Positions 18,166 through 30,829 of a DNA stretch of 64,000 nt are shown here, piece after piece. A model generated the notes under the pieces. It did no database searches. It had not been told where the DNA came from and saw only the letters and a list, made by a program, of their open reading frames with translations. The stretch is from Solirubrobacterales bacterium. GTDB lineage: Bacteria > Actinomycetota > Thermoleophilia > Solirubrobacterales > 70-9. The translations under genes and the position numbers were made by a program. The stretch lies in contig DASSVR010000025.1 in NCBI GenBank assembly GCA_035705945.1, positions 11,508-75,507 of the forward strand, read 5' to 3'. Within the stretch, counting starts at the first letter, position 1, and each line of letters begins with the position of its first letter.

Positions 18166-18935
18166 GTGCAGGTCGGCCGTTCGCCTTCGGGCAGCTCGCG
18201 CACGGCCCCCCGCGAATCGACGGTGAACCCGATCGGGCTCGCCGGTTCCGAGAGGTTCTGCTCTTTGCCGTCTACGGTCATCGTTACCGCGCCGTTGCCG
18301 AGCGCGACGGTGAAGCTATCGGACCGGAAGGGACCCTCGGCTTCGCCGGGCAGGAGGATCGCGCCGTCGACCAGCGGCACCCCCCGCCCATCGAGCAGGC
18401 AGACCCAGACTTCCCCCGTCGCCACCAGCTCAAGCGAGTGACCCTGGGGAGCGGCATCGCTCCGCGGCGAGTCATTGGCCGGGGTCGCGGCCCCGAGCTT
18501 TCCGTCGGACTCTGGCTGCGGGCCCGTACTCGCTTCCTCGTCACTTCCGGTTGAGAGGCCGATCACAACCAGCGCGGCGACGACGAGCGCCGAGACGCCC
18601 ACCGTCGCCAGCCGTGGGTCGATTCGCCGCCGCTCGCGCCTACGGACGACCCGCCGCGGGCGCGGGTCGACGCGGGGAAGCCCCTCCCCCGGCCGCGCGG
18701 CGCCGCGCTCGTGCCGCTGTTCCTCCGCCAGCCGCTCGCCGTCGAGTCCGACAAGGCTGCCGTAGGTGCGGATGAAAGCGCGGGCATAGGTCTCGCCCGG
18801 CAGCTGGTCCCAATCTTCGTTCTCGATCGCCTGCAGGTAGCGGCCGCGGATCTTGGTCGCATCCTCGATCTCCCCCAGGCTCAGCCGCTTCCGCGTACGC
18901 GCCTCACGCAGCTTGGTTCCGACACCATCGGCCAC
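18162..18935 (-). CDS. RodZ-like HTH (XRE family) membrane protein
   Basis: The HTH is [31 protein letters not shown] single TM helix ([14 protein letters not shown]) is followed by a C-terminal beta-rich domain. Confidence 0.7.
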   Translation of the reverse strand: MADGVGTKLREARTRKRLSLGEIEDATKIRGRYLQAIENEDWDQLPGETYARAFIRTYGSLVGLDGERLAEEQRHERGAARPGEGLPRVDPRPRRVVRRRERRRIDPRLATVGVSALVVAALVVIGLSTGSDEEASTGPQPESDGKLGAATPANDSPRSDAAPQGHSLELVATGEVWVCLLDGRGVPLVDGAILLPGEAEGPFRSDSFTVALGNGAVTMTVDGKEQNLSEPASPIGFTVDSRGAVRELPEGERPTCT

Positions 18936-18983
18936 GCCTTCATTCTGCGGCCCCCGAGCCCCAGAAGCAATGGATTTTCGCTG

Positions 18984-21221
18984 CTAATCCTCCGGCTCGG
19001 CGTCGACCGCAACCGGCTCCTGCGCCGGGTTGCCGCCGCTAAGCACGCGCGGAAGGTCAGCCTGCGTGATCAAGACCTGGCGGGGTTTGGAGCCCTCGTA
19101 GCCGGAGATCACGCCACGCCGCTCCAGCATGTCGATCAGCCTGCCGGCGCGGGTGTAGCCGACCCGCAGGCGCCGCTGGACCATCGACACCGAGGCGGTC
19201 TCGGTCTGTACGACCAGGCGTATTGCCTCGTCAAGCAGGTCGTCGCTGTCCGGGTCGAAGTCGTCGTCACGACCTTCGTCGGCGGCCTCCTGTGGGGTCT
19301 CCAGCAGCTCGTCCTCGAACTCAGGTTCTCCCTGCTTCGCCCAGTGCGAAGTGATGCGGGCGATCTCGTCCTCGGTGACGAAGGCGCCCTGGACGCGCTG
19401 TAGCTTCGAGCTGCCGGCGCCGCGGAAGAGCATGTCCCCCTGCCCGAGCAGGGTCTCCGCCCCACCCTGGTCGAGGATCACGCGGGAGTCGGTCTGGGAG
19501 GAGACGGCGAAGGCGATCCGCGAGGGGATGTTGACCTTGATCGTGCCGGTGATGATGTCGGTCGACGGTCGCTGGGTCGCCAGCACAAGGTGGATCCCGG
19601 TCGCCCGTGACTTCTGCGCCAGGCGGATGATCGAGTCCTCGACTTCAGCCGGGGCGACCATCATCAGGTCCGCGAGCTCGTCGATCACGCAGAGAATGTG
19701 CGGCAGCGGCGCCTGGCCCTGCCGGTGGCGGACGCGGTTGAGCTCGTTCAGGTTGCGCGCCCTGGCCTCGCTCATGATCCCGTAGCGGCTCTCCATCTCG
19801 CCGATCAGGTTGGCGAGGACGTTGGCCGCCAGGCGCGGCGAGGTGACGACCGGCGTCAGCAAGTGCGGGACGTTCTCGTAGTGGTTGAGCTCGACCTGCT
19901 TCGGGTCGACGAGGACGAGCCGGACCTCGTTCGGCGAGGCCTGCATCAGGATCGAGGAGAGGATCGCGTTGACGCAGCCGCTCTTGCCCGAGCCGGTGGT
20001 GCCGGCGACGAGCACGTGCGGCATCTTCGCGAGGTCGGTCCAGACGGCGTTGCCGTCGATCCCCTTGCCGAGCCAGGCGACCAGCGGCGAGGTCTTCTCG
20101 GGACGGCCGGCGTAGATGTCGCCGAGGCGGACCATGCGGCGACGGCTGTTTGGGACCTCGACTCCGACCGCCTGCTTCCCCGGGATCGGAGCGAGGATGC
20201 GGATGTCGGTCGAGGCGAGCGCGTAGGCGATGTCGTTGGCGAGCTCGGTGACTTTCTTGACTTTGGTCCCCGGAGCGAGACGCAGCTCGAAGCGCGAGAC
20301 GTGGGGACCGCTGACGATGCCGACGATCTTCGCCTCGACGCCGAAGTGGCCGAGCGTCTCGACCAGCTTGCGACCGACCGCTTCGTGGTCGCGTGGATCC
20401 GGCCCTTTGTCGCCTTTCCCGCGCTCCAGCAGCTTCGGCGACGGCGACCGGTAGTCGATCTCCTCGGACATGGTCACGCCGCGCTTGTTGCCCATCGGCG
20501 TTAGACCGGCGTGCGCCCGATCGCCCTCGTCGACCACCGCGACGGCGTCCTCGGAGTTGTAGTTCTGCAGCTCCACTTCGGTCTCGGTCTCCTGTTCGTC
20601 CCCTTCCTCGCTCTCGGCGTCGAACATCTGCGCGTCGTAGTCCTCGTCCTCCGCGAGCGCGACGGTGGGTTCGAAATCGTCGTCGTGCTCTGGGTATGAA
20701 CTCATCACGTCGGTGGGACCGGCCAGGGTGGCCGCCTCGGCGCGCGCCTCGCGGTGCTCCCGCCAGTCGGCGTGGGTCTTGGCCACCGTCCGCGCCGCCG
20801 CATCCCCGCCAACGAAGATGCCGCGGAAGATCGCCCGCAGGCCGCGGCCCAGGCCCCGCGCCAGCGCCGAAACGGAGGTCCCGGTTAGGAGCATGCCGCC
20901 GACCACGAGCAGCAGGACGGTGAAGATCCGCGCCCCGACCTCCCCGAACAGGTAGGTCAGCGCGGTTTCTGCCCCGTAGCCGACCTTGCCCCCCTCCCAG
21001 CCAAAGAAAAGGACGAAGACGAGGTAGACGCCGAAGGCGACGAGGAAGAGAGCGATCAGGTCGAGGTAGCGTTGCTCGAGACCAGCCGGCAGGTGCAGGC
21101 CGACTCTGGCCTTCGGCTTCCGCTTCGATGCAGCCTTGGCCCTCCGCGCCGCGCCGGCGCGCTTCTTGCGAACGAACATGGTCTCCCGTTCGACGCCGAA
21201 GCCCGCTCCCCTGCGAGCCAA
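18984..21221 (-). CDS. ftsK: DNA translocase FtsK
   Basis: There are N-terminal TM helices, Walker A is GTTGSGKSG, and a C-terminal gamma domain (VSMVQRRLRVGYTRAGRLID) is present. An alternative ATG lies at 21179. Confidence 0.9.
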   Translation of the reverse strand: MARRGAGFGVERETMFVRKKRAGAARRAKAASKRKPKARVGLHLPAGLEQRYLDLIALFLVAFGVYLVFVLFFGWEGGKVGYGAETALTYLFGEVGARIFTVLLLVVGGMLLTGTSVSALARGLGRGLRAIFRGIFVGGDAAARTVAKTHADWREHREARAEAATLAGPTDVMSSYPEHDDDFEPTVALAEDEDYDAQMFDAESEEGDEQETETEVELQNYNSEDAVAVVDEGDRAHAGLTPMGNKRGVTMSEEIDYRSPSPKLLERGKGDKGPDPRDHEAVGRKLVETLGHFGVEAKIVGIVSGPHVSRFELRLAPGTKVKKVTELANDIAYALASTDIRILAPIPGKQAVGVEVPNSRRRMVRLGDIYAGRPEKTSPLVAWLGKGIDGNAVWTDLAKMPHVLVAGTTGSGKSGCVNAILSSILMQASPNEVRLVLVDPKQVELNHYENVPHLLTPVVTSPRLAANVLANLIGEMESRYGIMSEARARNLNELNRVRHRQGQAPLPHILCVIDELADLMMVAPAEVEDSIIRLAQKSRATGIHLVLATQRPSTDIITGTIKVNIPSRIAFAVSSQTDSRVILDQGGAETLLGQGDMLFRGAGSSKLQRVQGAFVTEDEIARITSHWAKQGEPEFEDELLETPQEAADEGRDDDFDPDSDDLLDEAIRLVVQTETASVSMVQRRLRVGYTRAGRLIDMLERRGVISGYEGSKPRQVLITQADLPRVLSGGNPAQEPVAVDAEPED

Positions 21222-21286
21222 GGGCCTGTCCTAAATTCGCGGTAAATACTGCGCGGAGCGGCGATTTCCGGGGCTACCATCGCATT

Positions 21287-21979
21287 GTGCTGAGCGAGGT
21301 CGATCATCTGGGCGGTCGCGTCCTCGTAGTCGAGGACGACGCGGACATCGCCGACGTCCTCCGCCGCTCCCTCCGCAACGCGGGGTACGAGGTGCGCACC
21401 TCCGCCGATGGGGCCGAGGCGTTGGACGTCGCCGCCGGGTTCGTGCCGGATCTCGTCGTCCTCGATCTCGGCCTGCCTGGCCTCGACGGAGTCGAGGTCT
21501 GCCGCCGCCTGCGCCGGGACGGCGACGTGCCGATCCTGATGCTGACTGCCCGGGCCGAGACCGAGGACCGAGTCGCCGGCCTCGACAGCGGCGCCGACGA
21601 CTACCTGGTCAAGCCGTTCGAGCGGCAGGAGCTGCTGGCACGGATTCGCGCGCTCCTGCGCCGCCGCCCTCCGCGCGGTTCCGCTTCCCTGGAGGTCGGA
21701 GACCTGACACTGAACCCAGACACCCGTGAAGTGCACCGCGGCGAGCGAGAGATCGAGTTGACCAACCGCGAGTTCGAGCTGCTCGAGTTCCTGATGCGCA
21801 ACGAGCGGCTGGTGGTTTCGCGCGAGCGGCTGCTAGACGAGGTCTGGGGATACGACCCGATGGCCGCGACCAACACGATCGACGTCTTCATCTCCAACCT
21901 GCGGCGCAAGCTCGAGGGGGGCGGGGAGTCGCGCCTGCTCCACACCAAACGCGGCGCCGGGTATGTCCTCAAATCTTGA
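21287..21979 (+). CDS. OmpR/PhoB-family response regulator
   Basis: ORF 21128..21979 trimmed to the GTG at 21287. The receiver domain starts RVLVVEDDADI and contains VVLDLGLPGLDG. The winged-helix output domain ends LHTKRGAGYVLK. Confidence 0.85.
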   Translation: MLSEVDHLGGRVLVVEDDADIADVLRRSLRNAGYEVRTSADGAEALDVAAGFVPDLVVLDLGLPGLDGVEVCRRLRRDGDVPILMLTARAETEDRVAGLDSGADDYLVKPFERQELLARIRALLRRRPPRGSASLEVGDLTLNPDTREVHRGEREIELTNREFELLEFLMRNERLVVSRERLLDEVWGYDPMAATNTIDVFISNLRRKLEGGGESRLLHTKRGAGYVLKS

Positions 21980-23429
21980 GCTGAACTTGGGGCCCCATCC
22001 GCTGAGCCCCAAGTCCTGGCCGGTCCGCTGGCAGCTGGCCGCGGTCTCCTCGGGGCTCACCCTCGTGATCCTCGTCCTCTTCGGCGGCGCGATCGGCACG
22101 ATCGCCACCGAACGGATCCGCGACGACTTCAACGGCGAGGTCAGCAGCGCGGCGAAGATCCTCGCCGGCCAGTTCCAGGTCGTCTATCCCCCCTTCGGCG
22201 ATCCGGAAGCGATCGAAGGCCCGCAGCTCAACGCCTTCGTCCTTCCCGACGACGCCTCGGCGCGCGTCTACGACAGCAGCGGCAACCTGATCAATTCCAG
22301 CACCGACGCCGCCGTGCTCGGCCCCCTGCAGGAAGGGCTGACCGACTTTCACGGGCTGCGCGTGGCCACCGAGCCGATCCTGAGCGAAGCAGGCGTGGTG
22401 ACCGGCTACGTCCAATATGGGCGCAACCTCGACCACGTCGAAGCGACGATAGACCGAGTCTGGCTCTTGATTTTCGGCGGGATCCTCGTCGGCACGCTGT
22501 TGGCCGTCGTCGCCGGCCTGGCCATCGCACGCCGAGCGATGCGGCCGATCGCCTCGCTCACCGCCACCGCGCGTGAGATCGCCGCCACCGGCGATCCCTC
22601 CCGGCGGATGCCGCAGCCGGCGCTCGAGGATGAGGTCGGCGAGCTGGCGCAGACGCTGGAGAAGATGCTGCGGTCGCTCGACGCCGCCCGCGCCGAACGG
22701 GAGGGGCTGATGCAGAGGCAGCGGGAGTTCGTCGCCGACGCCTCGCACGAGCTGCGTACGCCGCTGACCAGCATCCTCGCCAACCTCGAATTACTGCAGG
22801 CTTCGCTTGCGGGGCAGGGGCAGTCTGAGGATCGGGAGATCGTCGACTCTGCGCTGCGCTCCTCGAAGCGAATGGCCCGCCTGGTCGCCGACCTGTTGCT
22901 GCTGGCGCGTGCGGACGCCGGGCGGTTGGAGTCGCATCGCCGCGTTGACCTCGCCGAGATCGTCGGCGAAGCCGCCGCGGAGGTCGCGCCACTGATGGGC
23001 GATCGCGAGCTGGTGATCGAGAACGAGCGCCCGCTGCCCGTGGAGGGAAGCCGCGACGAGCTGCACCGCGCGCTGCTCAACCTGCTCGACAACGCGGTCC
23101 GTCACACCCCGTCCGGCTCGCGGATCGAGCTCAGCCTGAGCGAGGAGGACGGGCGAGCGGTCGTCGAGGTCGCCGACGACGGTCCGGGAATCCCCGAGCC
23201 GATGAGGACCCAGGTCTTCGACCGTTTCGTGCGCGGGCGGGGATCGGCCGACACCGCTCGCGGTGCCGGCACGGGCCTGGGCCTGTCAATCGTCAGCGCG
23301 GTCGTCGATTCCCATGGCGGCCGCATCGAAGCGGGTCAGTCCCCCAGGGGCGGCGCCCTCTTCGTCCTCCAGATCCCCCTCGCCGGAAATCCCGGGAAAC
23401 CGATCTCCAAGCCTTTAGAGGCGCTTTAG
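21963..23429 (+). CDS. Sensor histidine kinase (TM-HAMP-HisKA-HATPase)
   Basis: The H-box is FVADASHELRTPLTSI, the N-box is LLDNAVRHT and the G-box is GTGLGLSIV. It overlaps the regulator gene by 17 nt. Confidence 0.85.
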   Translation: MSSNLELNLGPHPLSPKSWPVRWQLAAVSSGLTLVILVLFGGAIGTIATERIRDDFNGEVSSAAKILAGQFQVVYPPFGDPEAIEGPQLNAFVLPDDASARVYDSSGNLINSSTDAAVLGPLQEGLTDFHGLRVATEPILSEAGVVTGYVQYGRNLDHVEATIDRVWLLIFGGILVGTLLAVVAGLAIARRAMRPIASLTATAREIAATGDPSRRMPQPALEDEVGELAQTLEKMLRSLDAARAEREGLMQRQREFVADASHELRTPLTSILANLELLQASLAGQGQSEDREIVDSALRSSKRMARLVADLLLLARADAGRLESHRRVDLAEIVGEAAAEVAPLMGDRELVIENERPLPVEGSRDELHRALLNLLDNAVRHTPSGSRIELSLSEEDGRAVVEVADDGPGIPEPMRTQVFDRFVRGRGSADTARGAGTGLGLSIVSAVVDSHGGRIEAGQSPRGGALFVLQIPLAGNPGKPISKPLEAL

Positions 23430-23468
23430 GGCGAGCGCCTACCGTCCCTCGCGGACGAGACACACTAC

Positions 23469-23515
23469 GCCCGCCGGAGCTTCTCCCCAGACATTGGCTC
23501 CGGCGGGCCTTTTTC
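23469..23515 (+). terminator. Intrinsic terminator after the histidine kinase gene
   Basis: GCCCGCCGGAGC-N16-GCTCCGGCGGGC is a 12-bp stem followed by CTTTTT. Confidence 0.7.
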
Positions 23516-23518
23516 GTC

Positions 23519-25183
23519 TCAGACCTCGATCACCACCGGCAGGACCATTGGGCGGCGGCGCAGGCGCTGCCAGACGAACTTGCCGATCCCCTCATGCAGG
23601 TCCTCCTCGATCAGGTGGGTCTCGCGGCGGCCCGCGGCAGCGGCCTCGTCGAGCTGGTCTTCGACCAGGTCCTTGAGGTCCTCGACCAGGGCGTCCGCCT
23701 CCTCGAGGAAGGCGACGCCGCGGAAGATCACCTCGGGATCGGCGACGATCGCGCCGTCATCGGAGGAGACCGTCGCGACGACGATGAAGATGCCGTCGGC
23801 GGAGATCTCGCGGCGGTCGCGCAGGGCGGCGTCGTCGGGCTCCCCGATGTTGACGCCGTCGACGTAGATGACGCCGGCGTGGATGTCCTCGCCGAAGCTG
23901 GCGCCATCGGCGTCGATCTCCAGCGGCAGGCCGTTGCGGCCCTGGAAGACGCGCTCGCGCTCGATCCCGACCGCCTCGGCCAACTCGGCGTGCAGGCGCA
24001 GCCGCTTGTAATCACCGTGGACCGGCAGCACGTAGCGGGGTTTGGTCAGGTTCAGCATCAGCTTCAACTCCTCCTGCCAGCCATGGCCGGAGGCGTGGAT
24101 CGGCGCGTCCTTGGCGGTGATCACGCTGGCGCCGATCTCATAGATGCGGTCGATCGTCTCGTTGACGGCGCGCTCGTTCCCGGGCACCGGGGTCGCCGAG
24201 AAGACAACCGTGTCGCCCGAGTGCAGCCGCACGTCGCGGTGGTCGTTGTTGGCCATCCGCCGCAGCGCCGAGAGCGGCTCCCCCTGGCTGCCGGTCGAGA
24301 TCACGACGACCTTCTCGTCGGGAAAATCCTCGATCTCCCGGGGCTGGATGAAGATCCCCTCCGGCGCCTTCGCCAGGCCCAGGTTGGAGGCGATGTTGAA
24401 GTTCTTGCGCATCGAGCGCCCGACCAGGGCGACTTTGCGGTCGAGCCGGTCGGCGGCGTCGATCACCTGCTGGACCCGGTGGATGTTGGAGGCGAACGAG
24501 GTGACGATGACCCGGCCCCTGCAGCGGGAGAACTCCTGCAACAGCGCCGGCCCGACCGCTGACTCCGACGGGGCCACTCCGGGGCGATCGGCGTTGGTCG
24601 AGTCGCCGCAGAGCAACAGCAGCCCTTCCTTGCCGAGCTCGGCTAGGCGCGAGACGTCGGCTGGGCGCCCGTCGACCGGGGTCTGGTCGAACTTGTAGTC
24701 GCCGGTCATCAGAACCGAGCCGAGCTCGGTGTTCAGCAGCACCCCACGCATGTCAGGAATCGAGTGGGCGAGGTGGATCAGCTCGATCTCGAACGGGCCG
24801 CGCCGAACTTTCTCCCCCGGCGGCAGCTCCTGCAGCGGCGTCGACTCCCCCAGCTTGTGCTCGTCGAGCTTCGAGCGGACCATGCCGATCGTCAGCAGGC
24901 CCCCGTAAATCACCGGCGGGATGCCGATCTCCCTCAACACGTAAGGCAAAGCGCCTACGTGGTCCTCGTGCCCATGGGTGAGGACAATCGCCTCGATGTC
25001 CTCGGCGCGGTCGCGCAGGTAGGAGAAGTCCGGCAGCACGAGGTCGATTCCGTGCATTTCGGCGGTCGGGAACATCAGCCCGGTGTCGACGACGACGATT
25101 CGTCCGTCGTACTCGACCACGGTCATGTTCTTGCCGATCTCGCCGAGGCCGCCCAGGGGCAGCACTCGAAGTTTGCTTGGCAC
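23519..25183 (-). CDS. rnj: Ribonuclease J
   Basis: LRVLPLGGLGEIGKNMTVVE is present, the MBL motif is LTHGHEDHVGALP, and the architecture is beta-CASP. Confidence 0.9.
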   Translation of the reverse strand: MPSKLRVLPLGGLGEIGKNMTVVEYDGRIVVVDTGLMFPTAEMHGIDLVLPDFSYLRDRAEDIEAIVLTHGHEDHVGALPYVLREIGIPPVIYGGLLTIGMVRSKLDEHKLGESTPLQELPPGEKVRRGPFEIELIHLAHSIPDMRGVLLNTELGSVLMTGDYKFDQTPVDGRPADVSRLAELGKEGLLLLCGDSTNADRPGVAPSESAVGPALLQEFSRCRGRVIVTSFASNIHRVQQVIDAADRLDRKVALVGRSMRKNFNIASNLGLAKAPEGIFIQPREIEDFPDEKVVVISTGSQGEPLSALRRMANNDHRDVRLHSGDTVVFSATPVPGNERAVNETIDRIYEIGASVITAKDAPIHASGHGWQEELKLMLNLTKPRYVLPVHGDYKRLRLHAELAEAVGIERERVFQGRNGLPLEIDADGASFGEDIHAGVIYVDGVNIGEPDDAALRDRREISADGIFIVVATVSSDDGAIVADPEVIFRGVAFLEEADALVEDLKDLVEDQLDEAAAAGRRETHLIEEDLHEGIGKFVWQRLRRRPMVLPVVIEV

Positions 25184-25210
25184 TAGTTACTCACTCTCTT
25201 TATGCGGTGT

Positions 25211-26086
25211 CTAACTGGCGACCGCGACACCGGCAGCGTCGAGGCCGGCCTTGATGGCGGCTCGCTGCTCGGCGTCGGCGGATACCAGGGGAAGTCTCAG
25301 CCGGTCCTCGCACAGCCCCAGCATCGCCAGGGCCGCCTTCAGCGGGATCGGGTTGGTGGTCACCGAGGTCGCCTCGTAGACGGGCGTGATCTCGGCGTCG
25401 ATCTGGCGGGCGCGCTCGACGTCGCCGGCCTCGGCTGCCTCCCACATCTCGCGCATGCGGTCTCCGACGATGTGGGAGCTGACGAGGATCCCGCCCCCAC
25501 CGCCGAACTCGAGCACGCGGAGGAAGACGTTGTCGTTGCCGGCCAGCACGGTTAGTCCCTCGATCGGCCCGAGCTCGTCGTCGTTGGCCTGCTTGACGGC
25601 GACGATGTTCTCGACCTGCCCCAACTCGGCCAGCAGCTCGGGATCGGCGTTGACAATCACCCGTGAGGGGATGTTGTAGATCACCATCGGCAGGTCGGGG
25701 ACCGCTCCCGCGACGGTTTCGAAGTGGGCGCGGATCCCTGCCCGGTTCGGCTTGTTGTAGTAGGGGCAGACGACCAGGGACGCATTCGCCCCCGCATCCG
25801 CCGCCATCTTCGTCAGTTCGCAGGAGTGTCGGGTGTCGTTGGTGCCGGTGCCGCAGATCAGCAGGGCCTCGTCCCCCACCTCGGCTCGCACCGCCCGCAG
25901 TAGCTCGATCTCCTCGCCGTCGGTGAGGGTCGGGCACTCGCCGGACGTCCCCGCGATCACCAGCCCATGGGAGCCGTGCTCGAGGAGGTGAGCAGCCAGT
26001 CGCCGCGCCGCTTCGTGGTCGACCGCGCCGCTCTCGTCGAACGGGGTCGCCATCGCGGTGATGACTCCCTTGATCTCCTTCACCAT
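25211..26086 (-). CDS. dapA: 4-hydroxy-tetrahydrodipicolinate synthase
   Basis: GVITAMATPF, IAGTSGECPTL and YNIPSR are present. Confidence 0.9.
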   Translation of the reverse strand: MVKEIKGVITAMATPFDESGAVDHEAARRLAAHLLEHGSHGLVIAGTSGECPTLTDGEEIELLRAVRAEVGDEALLICGTGTNDTRHSCELTKMAADAGANASLVVCPYYNKPNRAGIRAHFETVAGAVPDLPMVIYNIPSRVIVNADPELLAELGQVENIVAVKQANDDELGPIEGLTVLAGNDNVFLRVLEFGGGGGILVSSHIVGDRMREMWEAAEAGDVERARQIDAEITPVYEATSVTTNPIPLKAALAMLGLCEDRLRLPLVSADAEQRAAIKAGLDAAGVAVAS

Positions 26087-26120
26087 GCCCAGGGTATCCC
26101 GTCAGTCGGCCGCCGCGCGA

Positions 26121-26786
26121 CTAGAGCAGCTTCTCCAGCCCGACCGTGAATCGATCGGGGAGGTCAGCCACCTTCCGGCAGGCAAGGACGACCCCTGGCA
26201 TGAAGGAGCGGCGGTCGATCGAGTCGTGGCGGATCGAGAGCGTCTGGCCGACGCCCCCGAAGATCACTTCCTGGTGGGCGACGAGACCCGGCAGTCGCAC
26301 CGAGTGGATCGGCTGGTGGACGTTGCCGCCCGCCGCGTCGATCAGCTCCTGGGTGCGCTTCGCGGTGCCCGAGGGCGCATCGAGCTTCTTGTCGTGGTGG
26401 AGCTCGACGATCTCGCACTCGGGCATGTGCCTGGCGATCGCCTGCGAGGCCTCCATCATCAGCACCGCGCCGATTGCGAAGTTGGGGGCGACAAAACAGT
26501 TGGCCCCGGAAGCCTCGGCCGCCTCGCGGGCTGCGGCGAGGTCGAAGCCGGTGGTGCCGACGACGGCGTGGACGCCGGCTGCGAGGCAGGCGCGGACGTC
26601 GTCGAGGGCGGCGTCGGGACGGGTGAAATCGACGACAACGTCCGCGTCTCCCAGGACCTCGCTCAGCTCGGTGCCGAGGGCCGGGTCGGCGCGGCCGCTC
26701 AGCTCCAGGCCATCGGCCTCTTCGACCGCCTCGCAGACGGTCTGGCCCATTTTCCCGGCGGCGCCGGCTACGGCAACCCGGATCAC
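26121..26786 (-). CDS. dapB: 4-hydroxy-tetrahydrodipicolinate reductase (short form)
   Basis: VAVAGAAGKMG is present, and the signature is ELHHDKKLDAPSGTA. Confidence 0.9.
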   Translation of the reverse strand: MIRVAVAGAAGKMGQTVCEAVEEADGLELSGRADPALGTELSEVLGDADVVVDFTRPDAALDDVRACLAAGVHAVVGTTGFDLAAAREAAEASGANCFVAPNFAIGAVLMMEASQAIARHMPECEIVELHHDKKLDAPSGTAKRTQELIDAAGGNVHQPIHSVRLPGLVAHQEVIFGGVGQTLSIRHDSIDRRSFMPGVVLACRKVADLPDRFTVGLEKLL

Positions 26787-28057
26787 GCCGCCACCAGCGC
26801 TTCGCTGACCGGGGCCAGTGCCGAGCGAAAGCGGCCTTCGTCGGCGCCGACGCAGGCGGCCGAGAGCCGCTCCGCGCCGTAGAGCTCCGCGGCGAGATCG
26901 GTCAGATCGCCGACCTCTATCGCGTTCACTTTGGCCAGCATCTCATCGAGGCTTTCGATCGGCAGCCCGAACAGCGTCGCGCGGGAGATTCGCGTCATCC
27001 GCGCCGCGGTCGACTCGGAGGAAAGGACGAGGCGTCCCTTGACGCTCTCCTTCGCCCGCGTCAGCTCCTCCTCGGAGACCGGCTCGGAGCGCAGCCGCGC
27101 CATCTCCCGGCCGATGATCGAGCAGGCCTCCTCGACGTTGTCCTCGCGCGTGCCGACGTAGGTGGCGACGAGTCCGTTGTCGGTGAACTGCTCGTTGTAG
27201 GAACCGACCGAGTAGGCGAGGCCGCGCTTCTCGCGCACCTCGCGGAAGAGCCGTGAGGAAGTCGAGCCGCCGAAGATCGCGTCGAGCACCGCCAATGGGA
27301 AGCGGCGCTGGTCGTCCCGCCGCAGCCCCGGCGCCCCGAAGCAGATGTGGTACTGCTCGGTGTCCTTCTGCAGGAAGCAGAGGCGCGAGTCGGCCTCGAC
27401 CTGCACCTCCGAGATCCCCCGCCCGTCTTCGGCGGGAGCCTGAATCAGCCGCCCCGCCAGCTCGACGATGCGCTCGTGCTCGAGGCTGCCGGCGGCGCCG
27501 ACGACGATCTGCGGTGCCGCGTAATGGGCGCTGCGGTAGGCCTCGATATCGGGAACCGGAATCGAGGCGATCACCTCCGGCTCACCGAGCACCCGCCGCC
27601 CCAGCGGATGCTCGCCGAAGACCGCCTCGGCCAGCACGTCGTGGACGCGGTCCTGCGGCTCGTCGTCGTACATCGCGATCTCCTCCAGCACCACCTGGCG
27701 CTCGGAGTCGATGTCGGGATAGGTGGGCGCGAGCAGCATCTCCGCGAGCAGGTCGAAGACCGCCTCGGTGTGCTCGTCGAGAAAGCGGGCGTGCAGATGG
27801 GTGGTCTCCTTGCCGGTGGCGGCATTGACCGAGGCACCGAGCCCGTCGAAGTGCTCGGAGATCTCGATCGCCGAGTAGCGCGCCGTGCCCTTGAACAGAA
27901 GGTGCTCGAGGAAGTGCGAGACCCCGGCCTGCGCCGAGGTCTCGTTCCTGGACCCGGTCCGGACCCAGAGCCCGAGCGCCACGGACCGGACCGAGGGAAC
28001 CTCCTCGGTCACGACCCGGACGCCCGAGTCCAGCTCGGTGAGCCTGGCGCCGCTCAA
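26783..28057 (-). CDS. M16-family (pitrilysin/insulinase-like) zinc peptidase
   Basis: The inverted zinc motif HFLEHLLFKGT is present. The gene sits between pnp and dapB, as in other actinobacteria. Confidence 0.85.
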   Translation of the reverse strand: MSGARLTELDSGVRVVTEEVPSVRSVALGLWVRTGSRNETSAQAGVSHFLEHLLFKGTARYSAIEISEHFDGLGASVNAATGKETTHLHARFLDEHTEAVFDLLAEMLLAPTYPDIDSERQVVLEEIAMYDDEPQDRVHDVLAEAVFGEHPLGRRVLGEPEVIASIPVPDIEAYRSAHYAAPQIVVGAAGSLEHERIVELAGRLIQAPAEDGRGISEVQVEADSRLCFLQKDTEQYHICFGAPGLRRDDQRRFPLAVLDAIFGGSTSSRLFREVREKRGLAYSVGSYNEQFTDNGLVATYVGTREDNVEEACSIIGREMARLRSEPVSEEELTRAKESVKGRLVLSSESTAARMTRISRATLFGLPIESLDEMLAKVNAIEVGDLTDLAAELYGAERLSAACVGADEGRFRSALAPVSEALVAA

Positions 28058-30301
<2,244 letters not shown>

Positions 30302-30344
30302 TTAGTTGTCTACCTCCGGCCGCCCGGTTGGCGGCCCATTGCGT

Positions 30345-30824
30345 TCAGAACTCTCGTTCTCTAACTGCGACAAGGGTACATGCATCGAAAAGCGCTGGAG
30401 TTCCAGCTACTCCGCCGCGAATGCCCGATTCGAAATCGCGCCTGACCCTGGCCTCCACCTCCGCGGATCGGCGATCCGCCTCGAAACGCTCCGAATCAAG
30501 CCCCAGCTGCTTCGCCCGCTCCCACAAATGCGGGTCATCGACCCGGCCGCGGTCGGCGTAGAGGGAGTCGACCATCGCGAAGAAGCGACCCTGGAGCCCG
30601 GCCGCCTCCGCGGCGGCGTGCAGGGCCGGCGAGCGGGGGTGCTTGCTGGTGACCGGGAAATGGCGGAACACAAGGCGCCCGGGCCGCTCGCTCAGCCGCG
30701 GCCACGCCCCGGCGCAATGCGGGCAGCCAAGGTCGGCGTAGACGATCAGTCCCTCCTCCCCCGCGCCGCGCACGTGATCGTCGGTCCCGACGGGCGGAAT
30801 CGGGGCACTGCTTAGGTCGCTCAT
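30345..30824 (-). CDS. DsbA-like thioredoxin-fold protein
   Basis: The CPHC redox motif lies in YADLGCPHCAGAW. No signal peptide is evident. Confidence 0.7.
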   Translation of the reverse strand: MSDLSSAPIPPVGTDDHVRGAGEEGLIVYADLGCPHCAGAWPRLSERPGRLVFRHFPVTSKHPRSPALHAAAEAAGLQGRFFAMVDSLYADRGRVDDPHLWERAKQLGLDSERFEADRRSAEVEARVRRDFESGIRGGVAGTPALFDACTLVAVREREF

Positions 30825-30829
30825 GCGCC

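Noticed and set aside
15853-18441. Very long ORFs lie antisense to real genes. Examples are 862 aa at 15853..18441, 852 aa at 44645..47203, 773 aa at 33316..35637, 646 aa at 27347..29287 and 410 aa at 61025..62257.
   Set aside because: Their translations are Arg/Ala/Gly/Pro-rich low-complexity sequence. They lie opposite genes with unambiguous conserved motifs (recA/cinA, carB, truB/nrnA, pnp, manB). Stop-codon paucity in high-GC DNA produces such shadow ORFs.
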